Of a stretch of DNA of 54,586 nucleotides, positions 36,484 through 45,047 are shown in pieces (position 1 is the first letter of the stretch; the number at the start of each line of letters is the position of its first letter). Origin of the DNA: a virus. Its lineage: Duplodnaviria > Caudoviricetes. Position numbers and translations under genes: made by a program. The notes below the pieces were generated by a model that was not told where the DNA came from, did not search any database, and saw only the letters and a list, made by a program, of their open reading frames with translations. The stretch lies in the IMG/VR virus record IMGVR_UViG_3300017777_002652, positions 1 to 54,586 of that record; one strand, written 5' to 3'.

Positions 36484-39432
36484 TTAGAATCTTAGTAAAC
36501 TTAACTCCTGATAACGAGTAAGTAGTGCTTTTGTTGTTATATTACTATCAATGTTGCGTAAAGCTGATTCAAATATGTCGGTGTCGTTTTTAATTTGAAA
36601 GCCATTAGATATATATGACCCCGTTGGTTGTTGCATGTTGATATCACGGGTATCCTGGTCGTCAAACCGGTTTGACGGTTCGTTACGCTCTACCGACCGG
36701 TTAATTGCAGCGCTTAGGAATGTGTTGTATGGTGACTGTTGTAATGCTACTGGCACGCCTTGTATAATTATCGGCTGCCTATCAAAGACTCTAAAATAGC
36801 TTTGCACGCTATTTCTGCAAATATTCAAAATATCAGCTGATGGTATCGTCTGTAGCTGTGTATTGTTTCTCAAAGCATTATACCAAACATTGTTTTGTGG
36901 AATTGATATAAATGGAGATGCTGCATTAGTTGCTGTCAATACCGGTCTTACTAATAGCGTTGATGATGCTACACCCATACGAGGACTTCCATATACACTA
37001 TACCCGTCTAAGGTTATTTTGGAAGATGGCCAATCTTCTGGTTGGTCTATTGCTGTGTTTATGTCTGTTGTAAATCTGTATTGAACACTTGCACCTCTAG
37101 CTCCTGGTGGGATGCTTCCAGTTAAGTTATATGCAAAAAAAGCCGCACCACCTGGTGTGTAGCTACCATATATTCTAGAGCTTAGATTTACAAACAAACC
37201 TAGACGCTGTGTCTGTGGTTGCATACCTAGTGGTAATTTTTGCTTATCATCTCGTGCTATATCTTGCTCAATCAGTTTAAAATAATCTGCCTTCAATCTT
37301 CGCTGATCGGCAAGGGGCAACCTAGGAAATAATCTGTTGAGTATGTTATTTGAGACTGCTGTTGTGCTGCCAAAAGTAATCCTAGGTTGATTATTTGGTC
37401 CTACGTATAGCTGACTATATAAGATAGTCGATAATTTTCTAAATCTAAAGTCTGTGTTTAGATAGCTAACAATATACAGCCAATCACTATCAATGCCTGG
37501 CTTGTTAGCTCCGCCACGTGCGTTAGCGTACTTTCTCCATATCTTACCAAACACATCTAAGTATGTACTACCCGCCTGCTCTGTTACAGCATATCCAAGC
37601 AATTCGTTTGATATACGTCTTATTCTACCAAAGTCCCACACATCCCTATCTGCTGGGGACTCATATTCTGCTGCTGTGGTTATCATTGTAAAATATAAAC
37701 ACAACAGTGTTCCTAAAGTTTGATCTGTACTGTACTGACCTGGTATGTTCTTTGTAATATCTACACCATACGTTACTGTGTCCAGTGTTAGTTCCATTAA
37801 AAGTAGGCGCAATCTTGTATGTCTAATGTACCTCTGCAAATCATTAAAGTCAGATAGCGGTAATAGTGGCTCTCCGTCCTGAAGCACGTCATACTGTGTC
37901 TCCAGTTCTCCATCAGATTTGTGTCTAATTATAATTGGCTTAGACCGATCCTCAACTTTAAGTGTTATATTGTATGTATAGTTACTTGCTGGTACGCATT
38001 CTATATCAAATACGTCTTGATCTAATCCAGCTTTTAGCACATCTGCAGCATTGTTACCACGAGAATCACGAACTCTAAAGAAAGGTAACTTCCAATATTG
38101 ACTAGATGGATTAAAAGATGGCTCCTGATCGCCTCCTGGAAAGTTATAGAGCTTTTTAATTAGCTTAGTGAAATCCACCTTCCTATTTGGTACCAGTTGA
38201 AATAGTTCCTGCACGTCTGCCCTAGTTATTTGTGGCTTATTCACTACTGCCGCTAAATCTGTCAGTGATGGATTGTTAAATAAATCTCTAGATAATATAT
38301 TACCATTTGAGTCTACAAACTGTATAAACCCATTCACTTCATCATATCCGGCTGGCACTAGATCAATATCAAAAATGTCCTCTGGATATTCCTCCGAGTC
38401 TGGGTATATTTCAATTGTTGGTTGATAGGACGATGTGACTTCTAAGCCACCATTAAAGGTTAGTGCGTACTTTGTTATGCCTGCGCCTAGGTAATGAAAT
38501 AGCTCGTAGTTACATCCGTTAATTCCATAAGCTGCACCATCTACGTAATCAAAATAATCACCTAATGGAATAAACTGACTAATTGCATATTGATTACGAT
38601 TGCCGTATTCAAACGGAGCCAATCCTATATAATATGGTGATATGTTTTCGATTAGATTATATGGTGTATTGTCATCGATTAGTTTTGGACTAGGAAAGAA
38701 CGCTGCATATGGTTGTGATGGGTTGTCGTTACCTATAAGTTTAGACTGCGCTTGATCTGCTCGCTGATCGTTAGAAAATCTGAAAAAACCATTTTTAGTT
38801 ATGCTGGCAAAGCCTCTTGTTGTATAAAAATCCAAAAACTCTAATGGCCTAACCTTATCACCATCCTGTGACCATTCTTCTAGATTAGCATCACCAGATC
38901 CATCCTCTAGTATGTTTTTTGTGAATACAGTTTCTGTTGCTGGATTTATTATATTCAAAGTAACTGGATCGGTTGCTGTTGTGCCGAATTCGTTTGTTAC
39001 CTCGCATATATAAATTCCCGACTTATCTTTTCTGGATTGTGTAGATTCAAAGACTAAAGTGCTTGTGTTTTCGAATCTACTGTCCTGTAGCACTAAGCCA
39101 TTTCGTTTCCAAACATAACTTAGCCCTTCTTGTGTATTTCTTTTTGCTGGGTTGTTTGCTACTGTTGACATTGCAAATGCTGTGCCTTCTACAATATTGA
39201 CAGTGTTATTAAAAAATAGGTCTGTCTTATCTTGATATATTAGCTCACCGTTGAGCCTGTCTACCCAAGTTGTCTGAGTTATATTGTCAATTGGTTGGCC
39301 TCCTATTGTTGGTGCCTGATTCACACTTGGTAATAGTGTAAATGTTGTAAATGACCTATCAGCAATGATCGAGCTGCTGCCTGATATTGCTGTTGCGATG
39401 TCTGCTCTCTCTCTTTGGTATCTAGTTATCAT
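36484..39432 (-). CDS. Ig-domain structural protein with putative lectin-like domain
   Basis: SYVWKRNG...SGIYICEVTNEFG (Ig I-set-like), then KNILEDGSGDANLEEW. Confidence 0.75.
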   Translation of the reverse strand: MITRYQRERADIATAISGSSSIIADRSFTTFTLLPSVNQAPTIGGQPIDNITQTTWVDRLNGELIYQDKTDLFFNNTVNIVEGTAFAMSTVANNPAKRNTQEGLSYVWKRNGLVLQDSRFENTSTLVFESTQSRKDKSGIYICEVTNEFGTTATDPVTLNIINPATETVFTKNILEDGSGDANLEEWSQDGDKVRPLEFLDFYTTRGFASITKNGFFRFSNDQRADQAQSKLIGNDNPSQPYAAFFPSPKLIDDNTPYNLIENISPYYIGLAPFEYGNRNQYAISQFIPLGDYFDYVDGAAYGINGCNYELFHYLGAGITKYALTFNGGLEVTSSYQPTIEIYPDSEEYPEDIFDIDLVPAGYDEVNGFIQFVDSNGNILSRDLFNNPSLTDLAAVVNKPQITRADVQELFQLVPNRKVDFTKLIKKLYNFPGGDQEPSFNPSSQYWKLPFFRVRDSRGNNAADVLKAGLDQDVFDIECVPASNYTYNITLKVEDRSKPIIIRHKSDGELETQYDVLQDGEPLLPLSDFNDLQRYIRHTRLRLLLMELTLDTVTYGVDITKNIPGQYSTDQTLGTLLCLYFTMITTAAEYESPADRDVWDFGRIRRISNELLGYAVTEQAGSTYLDVFGKIWRKYANARGGANKPGIDSDWLYIVSYLNTDFRFRKLSTILYSQLYVGPNNQPRITFGSTTAVSNNILNRLFPRLPLADQRRLKADYFKLIEQDIARDDKQKLPLGMQPQTQRLGLFVNLSSRIYGSYTPGGAAFFAYNLTGSIPPGARGASVQYRFTTDINTAIDQPEDWPSSKITLDGYSVYGSPRMGVASSTLLVRPVLTATNAASPFISIPQNNVWYNALRNNTQLQTIPSADILNICRNSVQSYFRVFDRQPIIIQGVPVALQQSPYNTFLSAAINRSVERNEPSNRFDDQDTRDINMQQPTGSYISNGFQIKNDTDIFESALRNIDSNITTKALLTRYQELSLLRF

Positions 39433-41225
39433 TCTACTGTTTGTCCAAATTCACGCCTGTCACGTGTACCTTCTATGTTTGGTGTTTCGCTTGTACCTAT
39501 CACAACATCCAGATTAGGTAACGTCACCTGACTGCTTCTTATAAATATAGGCGATGCTGATAAATGGAATCCCGTTGCAAAGTGCCTAGGCTGACCATAT
39601 AGTGGAAACACCTCTGATGGTGTTGGGTCTTGTGGTAATGCTGCCTTCTTAAACTTGTAGTTGTTTATGACAAAATCCTGATTACTGCTCTTATTTGTTG
39701 CAATATCTCTTGTGTAGCTTGGCATTAGTAATATTGATGGTGTTGTAAATCTCTTCACTTTATCTCCTGGTGCATCGAATTCGAATTGCTGAAAGCCTTC
39801 GTGTTCAAAGATCACCTTAACCCTTAGCTTGTTTGTATTTTCGTTTAGTTTAGGTATTTTTAACTTGCGCAGAAATATAAGCTGCCCCAAGCTGTGCTTG
39901 CTTGAATTAATGCCATTTTCCTCAAAATACTTATACAAATTATTAGTCCTACCTATCTGCTCTTCAAACCTCGCATTCTCGTACATGACATATCCAGTCT
40001 CATACACGTCACCAGTCCCATCCTGAGCTGCTGCTGTCTGCTTAATAACCTTAGATCTGTATGGATCTAGTAGCGGCCCATGTATCTTAACCAACGACGC
40101 ACCGTTGTATTCTTCTATATAAACCCTTGTATAATCTTCTGCCCGCACTTCGACATAATCTAAGTTGGCCAATTGCAATCTCGGAAGTGGTCTTTGTATC
40201 TGAAATCCAACTAGATCAACCGGCACTCTATTATTTCCAGATGGTGGTTGTTGTAATTTCTTATTCAAGAAATAACTTACAGCGTTGCCCAAAAAACATT
40301 GCAAAGTTATTTGTACCCCTTCAACACCATACACAACACCCTTTATGTATTTTTGAATTGAATTAACATCTATATCTTGGTATATTTGTACCTTCTTGCT
40401 ACCATCCTGATCATAATTAACTATCTTTGATCTTGTGAAGTATGTTAAGTTTCCTAACAGTGTTTTGTTTGGTTCCTTTTCAAAAACCGGAGCATTTGCG
40501 TCAACTTCGGAAGTAGGATTAAATGGTGTTATATCTAAATCCACATCATTAAAGTGGTCTGGATATACGTAACCTCTTACTGCCGCATCTCTAGCTTGGT
40601 TTCCAGTTAAGATGGTATTGTTTGTATTATTAGCCATCGTTTCTGTTACAACTTCACGACCGCCCGTTGACACCTCAGTCCATGATTGCAGCTGTTGACT
40701 GCCATTGCCGTTTGTGACTAAATTATTATATAAATCAGTCACGCCAATTGGATCTTGAACAACTATTGTCAACAGATCACCAACTACTGTGCCTACATCG
40801 TTTGTTACTTCACACGTATATGCTCCACTGTCTATTTCTTGTAGGTTGTTTAATTGCAGTTTATTTCTATTTGGTTGCGCTGTTGCTGTTGTTCTAATCT
40901 GAACACCGTCCTTTTTCCAAACATATTGTAGTTCGTTTTCACCAATCTTCGTAGTTACTTGTCCATTAACAATGTCAATACTACTATAGGCTTCAATCTG
41001 TAAGGTGATGTTTTGATTTACAATGGTTGTTATTGTATTATTCTCATCAACATAGAGCCCATACTCACCTTGTCTTTTTTCAGAGACTGATTTAAAATAC
41101 GATCCAATCTCTCTTAATATAACTGGTGGCTCTGCTGGCGGTCCTGGATATAGTGTGTATACAGTTAAGTCCTCATTAAGTGAGGATGTTTGAGGTAGAT
41201 TAATACGAACTCTTCCATTGAACAT
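39429..41225 (-). CDS. Ig-domain structural protein, paralog of 36484..39432
   Basis: QYVWKKDG...DSGAYTCEVTNDVG, then NNLVTNGNGSQQLQSW. Confidence 0.78.
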   Translation of the reverse strand: MFNGRVRINLPQTSSLNEDLTVYTLYPGPPAEPPVILREIGSYFKSVSEKRQGEYGLYVDENNTITTIVNQNITLQIEAYSSIDIVNGQVTTKIGENELQYVWKKDGVQIRTTATAQPNRNKLQLNNLQEIDSGAYTCEVTNDVGTVVGDLLTIVVQDPIGVTDLYNNLVTNGNGSQQLQSWTEVSTGGREVVTETMANNTNNTILTGNQARDAAVRGYVYPDHFNDVDLDITPFNPTSEVDANAPVFEKEPNKTLLGNLTYFTRSKIVNYDQDGSKKVQIYQDIDVNSIQKYIKGVVYGVEGVQITLQCFLGNAVSYFLNKKLQQPPSGNNRVPVDLVGFQIQRPLPRLQLANLDYVEVRAEDYTRVYIEEYNGASLVKIHGPLLDPYRSKVIKQTAAAQDGTGDVYETGYVMYENARFEEQIGRTNNLYKYFEENGINSSKHSLGQLIFLRKLKIPKLNENTNKLRVKVIFEHEGFQQFEFDAPGDKVKRFTTPSILLMPSYTRDIATNKSSNQDFVINNYKFKKAALPQDPTPSEVFPLYGQPRHFATGFHLSASPIFIRSSQVTLPNLDVVIGTSETPNIEGTRDRREFGQTVE

Positions 41226-42349
41226 TACCTAGTAATCTTAAAGATAAAATCACGCTTCTTGTCAATATACAAAGTTCCGGTTGAATTAACAACTTTAAAT
41301 ACAAATCTGTAGTAAATTTCTGGCTGAAGACCATCCATCCACAAATTGATGTAATTGCCTGAGCTGTCACAGCTGATCTTAGTATAATTTTCATCAATTG
41401 GAATTACATAATCCTCCTTGTCTAGATATTTTACACCATAATAACTACTTGTTGGTAGGTAGTTGTTGGCGGTAACATATGATGATTGAGTTACGAAAGC
41501 TCTGGCTGGGTACTGGGCTCTTGCTCCAATCCTAAACCGAACTCTGCTATCCTTTACATACTCTGCTTGATTATTTTTTATATAAATTACGCTTGAGTAA
41601 ATATCACCAAGTGGCGATAGCGAACCGGTAGCGATTGTGCTGTCGTCCCAAGCTACTTCCAGCTTAGGCGAATATATTGTATTTGTGTCTCTAGAGAAAA
41701 ACTTTAGACTAAGAAAGGTGTTATCACTCGCTTCATCGATATCCGATTTCTTAATAACAAAACCGTCATTTGCAACTGAGGAGCTGAGCCATGCTCTTAC
41801 AATGTTGGTCACATCCATACGCACATCCGTAGTTTGATAGCTAAACGACTGTGTTGCTTCGTATGCTGTATACCAAGTACCTCCTCCTCGATTTGACGCA
41901 AAGGAGCCAGTGCTACCAGCTGCAAATGATGCTGTTCGCCAGGCTGATCCTGTGTTTGTTGAGTTTAATCTATACGTCCACGATACCCCATCAGTTGTTG
42001 GTGGTATATTGCTGTAACGCCCTGTTCCCATATTCCAGCTCTGTGATACTGCATATGCATATAGTGTATAGTTTACTGGTATTTCTTCTGCTTCTGTTGT
42101 ATATAGGCTTAAGTAAAACCTGGGATTTGTTACTTGTCCTGCATATATGCTCTGTGAAATCGCTGCTAGGTCAAATTTGAGTAGTGCTCTGCTATTATAC
42201 GGATTCTCTGCACCATCAAAGGTTTTACTAATATCTAGGATAGCATCCAGTCCGGTATTAATAATTGACGGATTAGGTAGACCTGCTGTGGTTGACTCAC
42301 TTGCCTCGTATATAGTTGCGTCCGATAGTGGATAAATGCCGTATATCAT
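41225..42349 (-). CDS. DNRLRE/CBM96-like domain structural protein
   Basis: SDATIYE...NTG...SRALLKFDL...VSQSW...DVTNIVRAW...NDGFVIK...FFSRD...PKLEV. Confidence 0.75.
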   Translation of the reverse strand: MIYGIYPLSDATIYEASESTTAGLPNPSIINTGLDAILDISKTFDGAENPYNSRALLKFDLAAISQSIYAGQVTNPRFYLSLYTTEAEEIPVNYTLYAYAVSQSWNMGTGRYSNIPPTTDGVSWTYRLNSTNTGSAWRTASFAAGSTGSFASNRGGGTWYTAYEATQSFSYQTTDVRMDVTNIVRAWLSSSVANDGFVIKKSDIDEASDNTFLSLKFFSRDTNTIYSPKLEVAWDDSTIATGSLSPLGDIYSSVIYIKNNQAEYVKDSRVRFRIGARAQYPARAFVTQSSYVTANNYLPTSSYYGVKYLDKEDYVIPIDENYTKISCDSSGNYINLWMDGLQPEIYYRFVFKVVNSTGTLYIDKKRDFIFKITR

Positions 42350-42351
42350 AA

Positions 42352-44241
42352 TTAGAATGTTGTTATTGCTCCTTTAATATCTGTATTCGGAAACCTTACT
42401 TCAAATATGCTTGGATCTAAACTTGGATATATAATACCATTTTGAGTTGCTGCACTGATATCATACTCGATTGGTGAATAACCTTGTGTAGTATTGTTTA
42501 GATTGTAAATTATAACATTGCTTACGTTTTGAACTCCAGGTACTTGTAGCAAGGTATTATATATATCTGTCAAATAGATTGGCTGATTAACCTGCCATAA
42601 ATCAATATTAAAGTAGTTTTTCATTGCTTCTACAGCCCTAATAATCACTTCGTTTGAGTTACTTTGCGGTGTTGCAACTATAGCAAAATTAACGCCTATA
42701 TTAACGTAATATCCATCCTTTATGTTAATTGCATCAGTTAGCATTTTATACTGTGACAGATACATTCTTAGGTTGTTTTTCACAGCATCATTCAGCTCTG
42801 TTAACTGCTTCTGCGCATTATATCCTAGTACATACATATTTAGCGCTAGCGGATTCTTTATGTAATCACTCCCAACAACAGTTTCAAAATTTGCTTGCTC
42901 ATCTGCTGCAATATATACCTTAGCCACGCTGCCAAAGGTTGACGGTAGCGATAGTGCTCTAATTATATAATCCTCTCTAGTTACAGCTCTATTTTGTGAG
43001 GTTAGTGTTGCTAACGCATTCTGCCGTATTTCTTCAATGCCTTCCTGAGATCTACCCCCACTTGCTGGGTTTGGGTTTAGAACCGCTAAGCTGTTAATTA
43101 TCTGAGTATTAAGGATGCCTGTGCTTGCCGGCAATGCTGCAGTATCTGTCGCTACACCCACAATTGAATTTACCGTATTCGCAGCAACGTTGCTTGATAC
43201 TCCACCGCCTATCAGGTAAGTTACTGTCAGCGTCGTATTTGCTGGCGCTTCACCGTATGTCTGTGTAAACACCGGATTTGTAGGATCATAACTTACGTCG
43301 TTGTTTATTATGCCAGTTGGCAGGTTTAGACCCAGATTCTCCTGCAATGGTAGTAGCTCCTCATCTGGGGTTGTCGATGTGCCTGAGCCAAATTGGATCT
43401 CTAGGCCTGCTGGAGTTACTCTTGTTATAAACCTCTTTGGTACCTTTTTTAATTTTAACAAATAAGGCGTCTCATCGCTATACACTGCTGACTCTGGATC
43501 ATTGTAGGCTGTGTTTGTTACTTTCTCAAAAATAGTCTCCTGCGCTAAATAATCAACCTCGGTCCAAGTATTGCCGTCTGAATCGGTTATGCTTTGGATT
43601 CCAATTAAGTTACCGTCTGGGTTTGGCAGCTGTACTTTGAAAAACTTAGTAGCAGGACCTACAGTGAAGGTTGATGTTGCGGTCGTTGCTGATATGCCTT
43701 GAACTCGCTTTTTTGCTAAATAGTACTCTGGCTGGCCTGTTACCTGGTCTATTTGATAGACACTTATTGTTGTTGGACTATCATAAGTATCTTGCGAAAA
43801 GTCGAATCCATTACTAACAATAAAATTTATGTTATCAGCACCCACAACTTGCATGTTTGGTTCTACTCTAAGTGCATATCGCATATCGGGTGCTGTGTTT
43901 GCACCACTACCACTTGCTGGTAGTAGCTGATAAACATCCAAATCAACTACTGACGGGATTGCTAGTTTGGCTCTATAACCCATCGCCGCTGCTATTGCTA
44001 AGACGTTTTTACGCTCAGATGCATTTAACAATAAGCTCTCCTTTAGCTGGGAGTCTATATAGTAATTTAATACATCACCGACATACGCAGCCATTTCAAT
44101 AAACATCATACCTGGTGATGCCTCGTTGAAGTCAGTGTAGCTGTTTGGATAGTAAACTTTGGCGAACTCAATTAAACTCTGCTTGAGATCTGTAAAGTTT
44201 CTTCCATAATATCTTATATCAGTTAGCGAAGGTGTTGCCAT
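42352..44241 (-). CDS. gp6: Baseplate wedge subunit (T4 gp6 / baseplate J-like)
   Basis: DFNEASPGMMFIEMAAYVGDVLNYY, IQFGSG, YLIGGG...N, ASGG...E..EEIRQNA...QNRAVTREDY. Confidence 0.9.
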   Translation of the reverse strand: MATPSLTDIRYYGRNFTDLKQSLIEFAKVYYPNSYTDFNEASPGMMFIEMAAYVGDVLNYYIDSQLKESLLLNASERKNVLAIAAAMGYRAKLAIPSVVDLDVYQLLPASGSGANTAPDMRYALRVEPNMQVVGADNINFIVSNGFDFSQDTYDSPTTISVYQIDQVTGQPEYYLAKKRVQGISATTATSTFTVGPATKFFKVQLPNPDGNLIGIQSITDSDGNTWTEVDYLAQETIFEKVTNTAYNDPESAVYSDETPYLLKLKKVPKRFITRVTPAGLEIQFGSGTSTTPDEELLPLQENLGLNLPTGIINNDVSYDPTNPVFTQTYGEAPANTTLTVTYLIGGGVSSNVAANTVNSIVGVATDTAALPASTGILNTQIINSLAVLNPNPASGGRSQEGIEEIRQNALATLTSQNRAVTREDYIIRALSLPSTFGSVAKVYIAADEQANFETVVGSDYIKNPLALNMYVLGYNAQKQLTELNDAVKNNLRMYLSQYKMLTDAINIKDGYYVNIGVNFAIVATPQSNSNEVIIRAVEAMKNYFNIDLWQVNQPIYLTDIYNTLLQVPGVQNVSNVIIYNLNNTTQGYSPIEYDISAATQNGIIYPSLDPSIFEVRFPNTDIKGAITTF

Positions 44242-44242
44242 C

Positions 44243-44665
44243 TTATTGTGTTATTTGAAGCTCAATTGACTCCGTTTCTATAGTGTTGTTTAGTAAGCTA
44301 AAAGTTAAGCTGATGCCTAGTGTGTTTGGTTTGCCATCAGGTCTGTAAACGTCCAACTCTTGTATTGATATATAAGGTAGCCATGTGTTTATTGCACTCT
44401 CAATAGTTACTTGTACTGTATCTAGTAAAAAATCAGTAAGCGGCTCCATAACAATCTTATCCAAATCACATCCAAAGGTCGGCTGCATAACTCTCTCACC
44501 CTTGCTTGTTAGCAATAAATTGAGTAGATTTGCTCTTGCCTGCTTTATTGTTGTATAATTCATTTGAAAGTTTGCACCCCTACTATTATTCATAGGCAGA
44601 TCTAGACCTAGCGGTATGTTCTGCTCACTAACTAAATCCGTAAGTACAAAGGTCTGTCGAGCCAT
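44243..44665 (-). CDS. gp25: Baseplate wedge subunit gp25-like
   Basis: QARANLLNLLLTSKGERVMQPTFGCDL...EP...AINTWLPYI. Confidence 0.93.
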   Translation of the reverse strand: MARQTFVLTDLVSEQNIPLGLDLPMNNSRGANFQMNYTTIKQARANLLNLLLTSKGERVMQPTFGCDLDKIVMEPLTDFLLDTVQVTIESAINTWLPYISIQELDVYRPDGKPNTLGISLTFSLLNNTIETESIELQITQ

Positions 44666-45015
44666 TATTTTCCGCTTATTTTATATGATTCTTTCAATAC
44701 AGTCGAATAATCTTTTACAAACACATCTGTCCCATCTGTAGCATCCAGTTCCTCGTAATCCTCTTTCCTCATCTGTGCCTGAGTTGCTCCTAAGATGCCG
44801 TTAATTGACGTCATATCGTAGTCCTCGAGGAGTGGTTCATCGAGCTGTACGTTAAAATTGAAGGCTTTGCGGGGTGGCGTGTTGGTTGAGTGCTTTCCCT
44901 CCTGCAGGAGTCGTTGCTCGGAAAGTATTTGTGTAACCTGAGTTTGTACCTGTTTTTTAACCTCTTCCTTAATTAGTTTTTTAATTTGCAGGACTAGTTG
45001 TTGTGTTTTTGACAT
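44665..45015 (-). CDS. Hypothetical protein
   Basis: 116 aa; N-terminal IKKLIKEEVKKQV helix similar to head-module leaders. Confidence 0.72.
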   Translation of the reverse strand: MSKTQQLVLQIKKLIKEEVKKQVQTQVTQILSEQRLLQEGKHSTNTPPRKAFNFNVQLDEPLLEDYDMTSINGILGATQAQMRKEDYEELDATDGTDVFVKDYSTVLKESYKISGK

Positions 45016-45030
45016 AGCTTTCTCTTTTAT

Positions 45031-45038
45031 TATAAATA
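45031..45038 (-). promoter_or_regulatory. Putative late promoter element TATTTATA
   Basis: 15 nt upstream of ATG 45015. Confidence 0.6.
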
Positions 45039-45047
45039 TACTCGTTT

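Noticed and set aside
1668-41397. Short alternative-frame minus-strand ORFs (1668, 5573, 21373, 30515, 32373, 41200; also 45052)
   Set aside because: Nested in or largely overlapping longer motif-bearing genes; no protein-like features.
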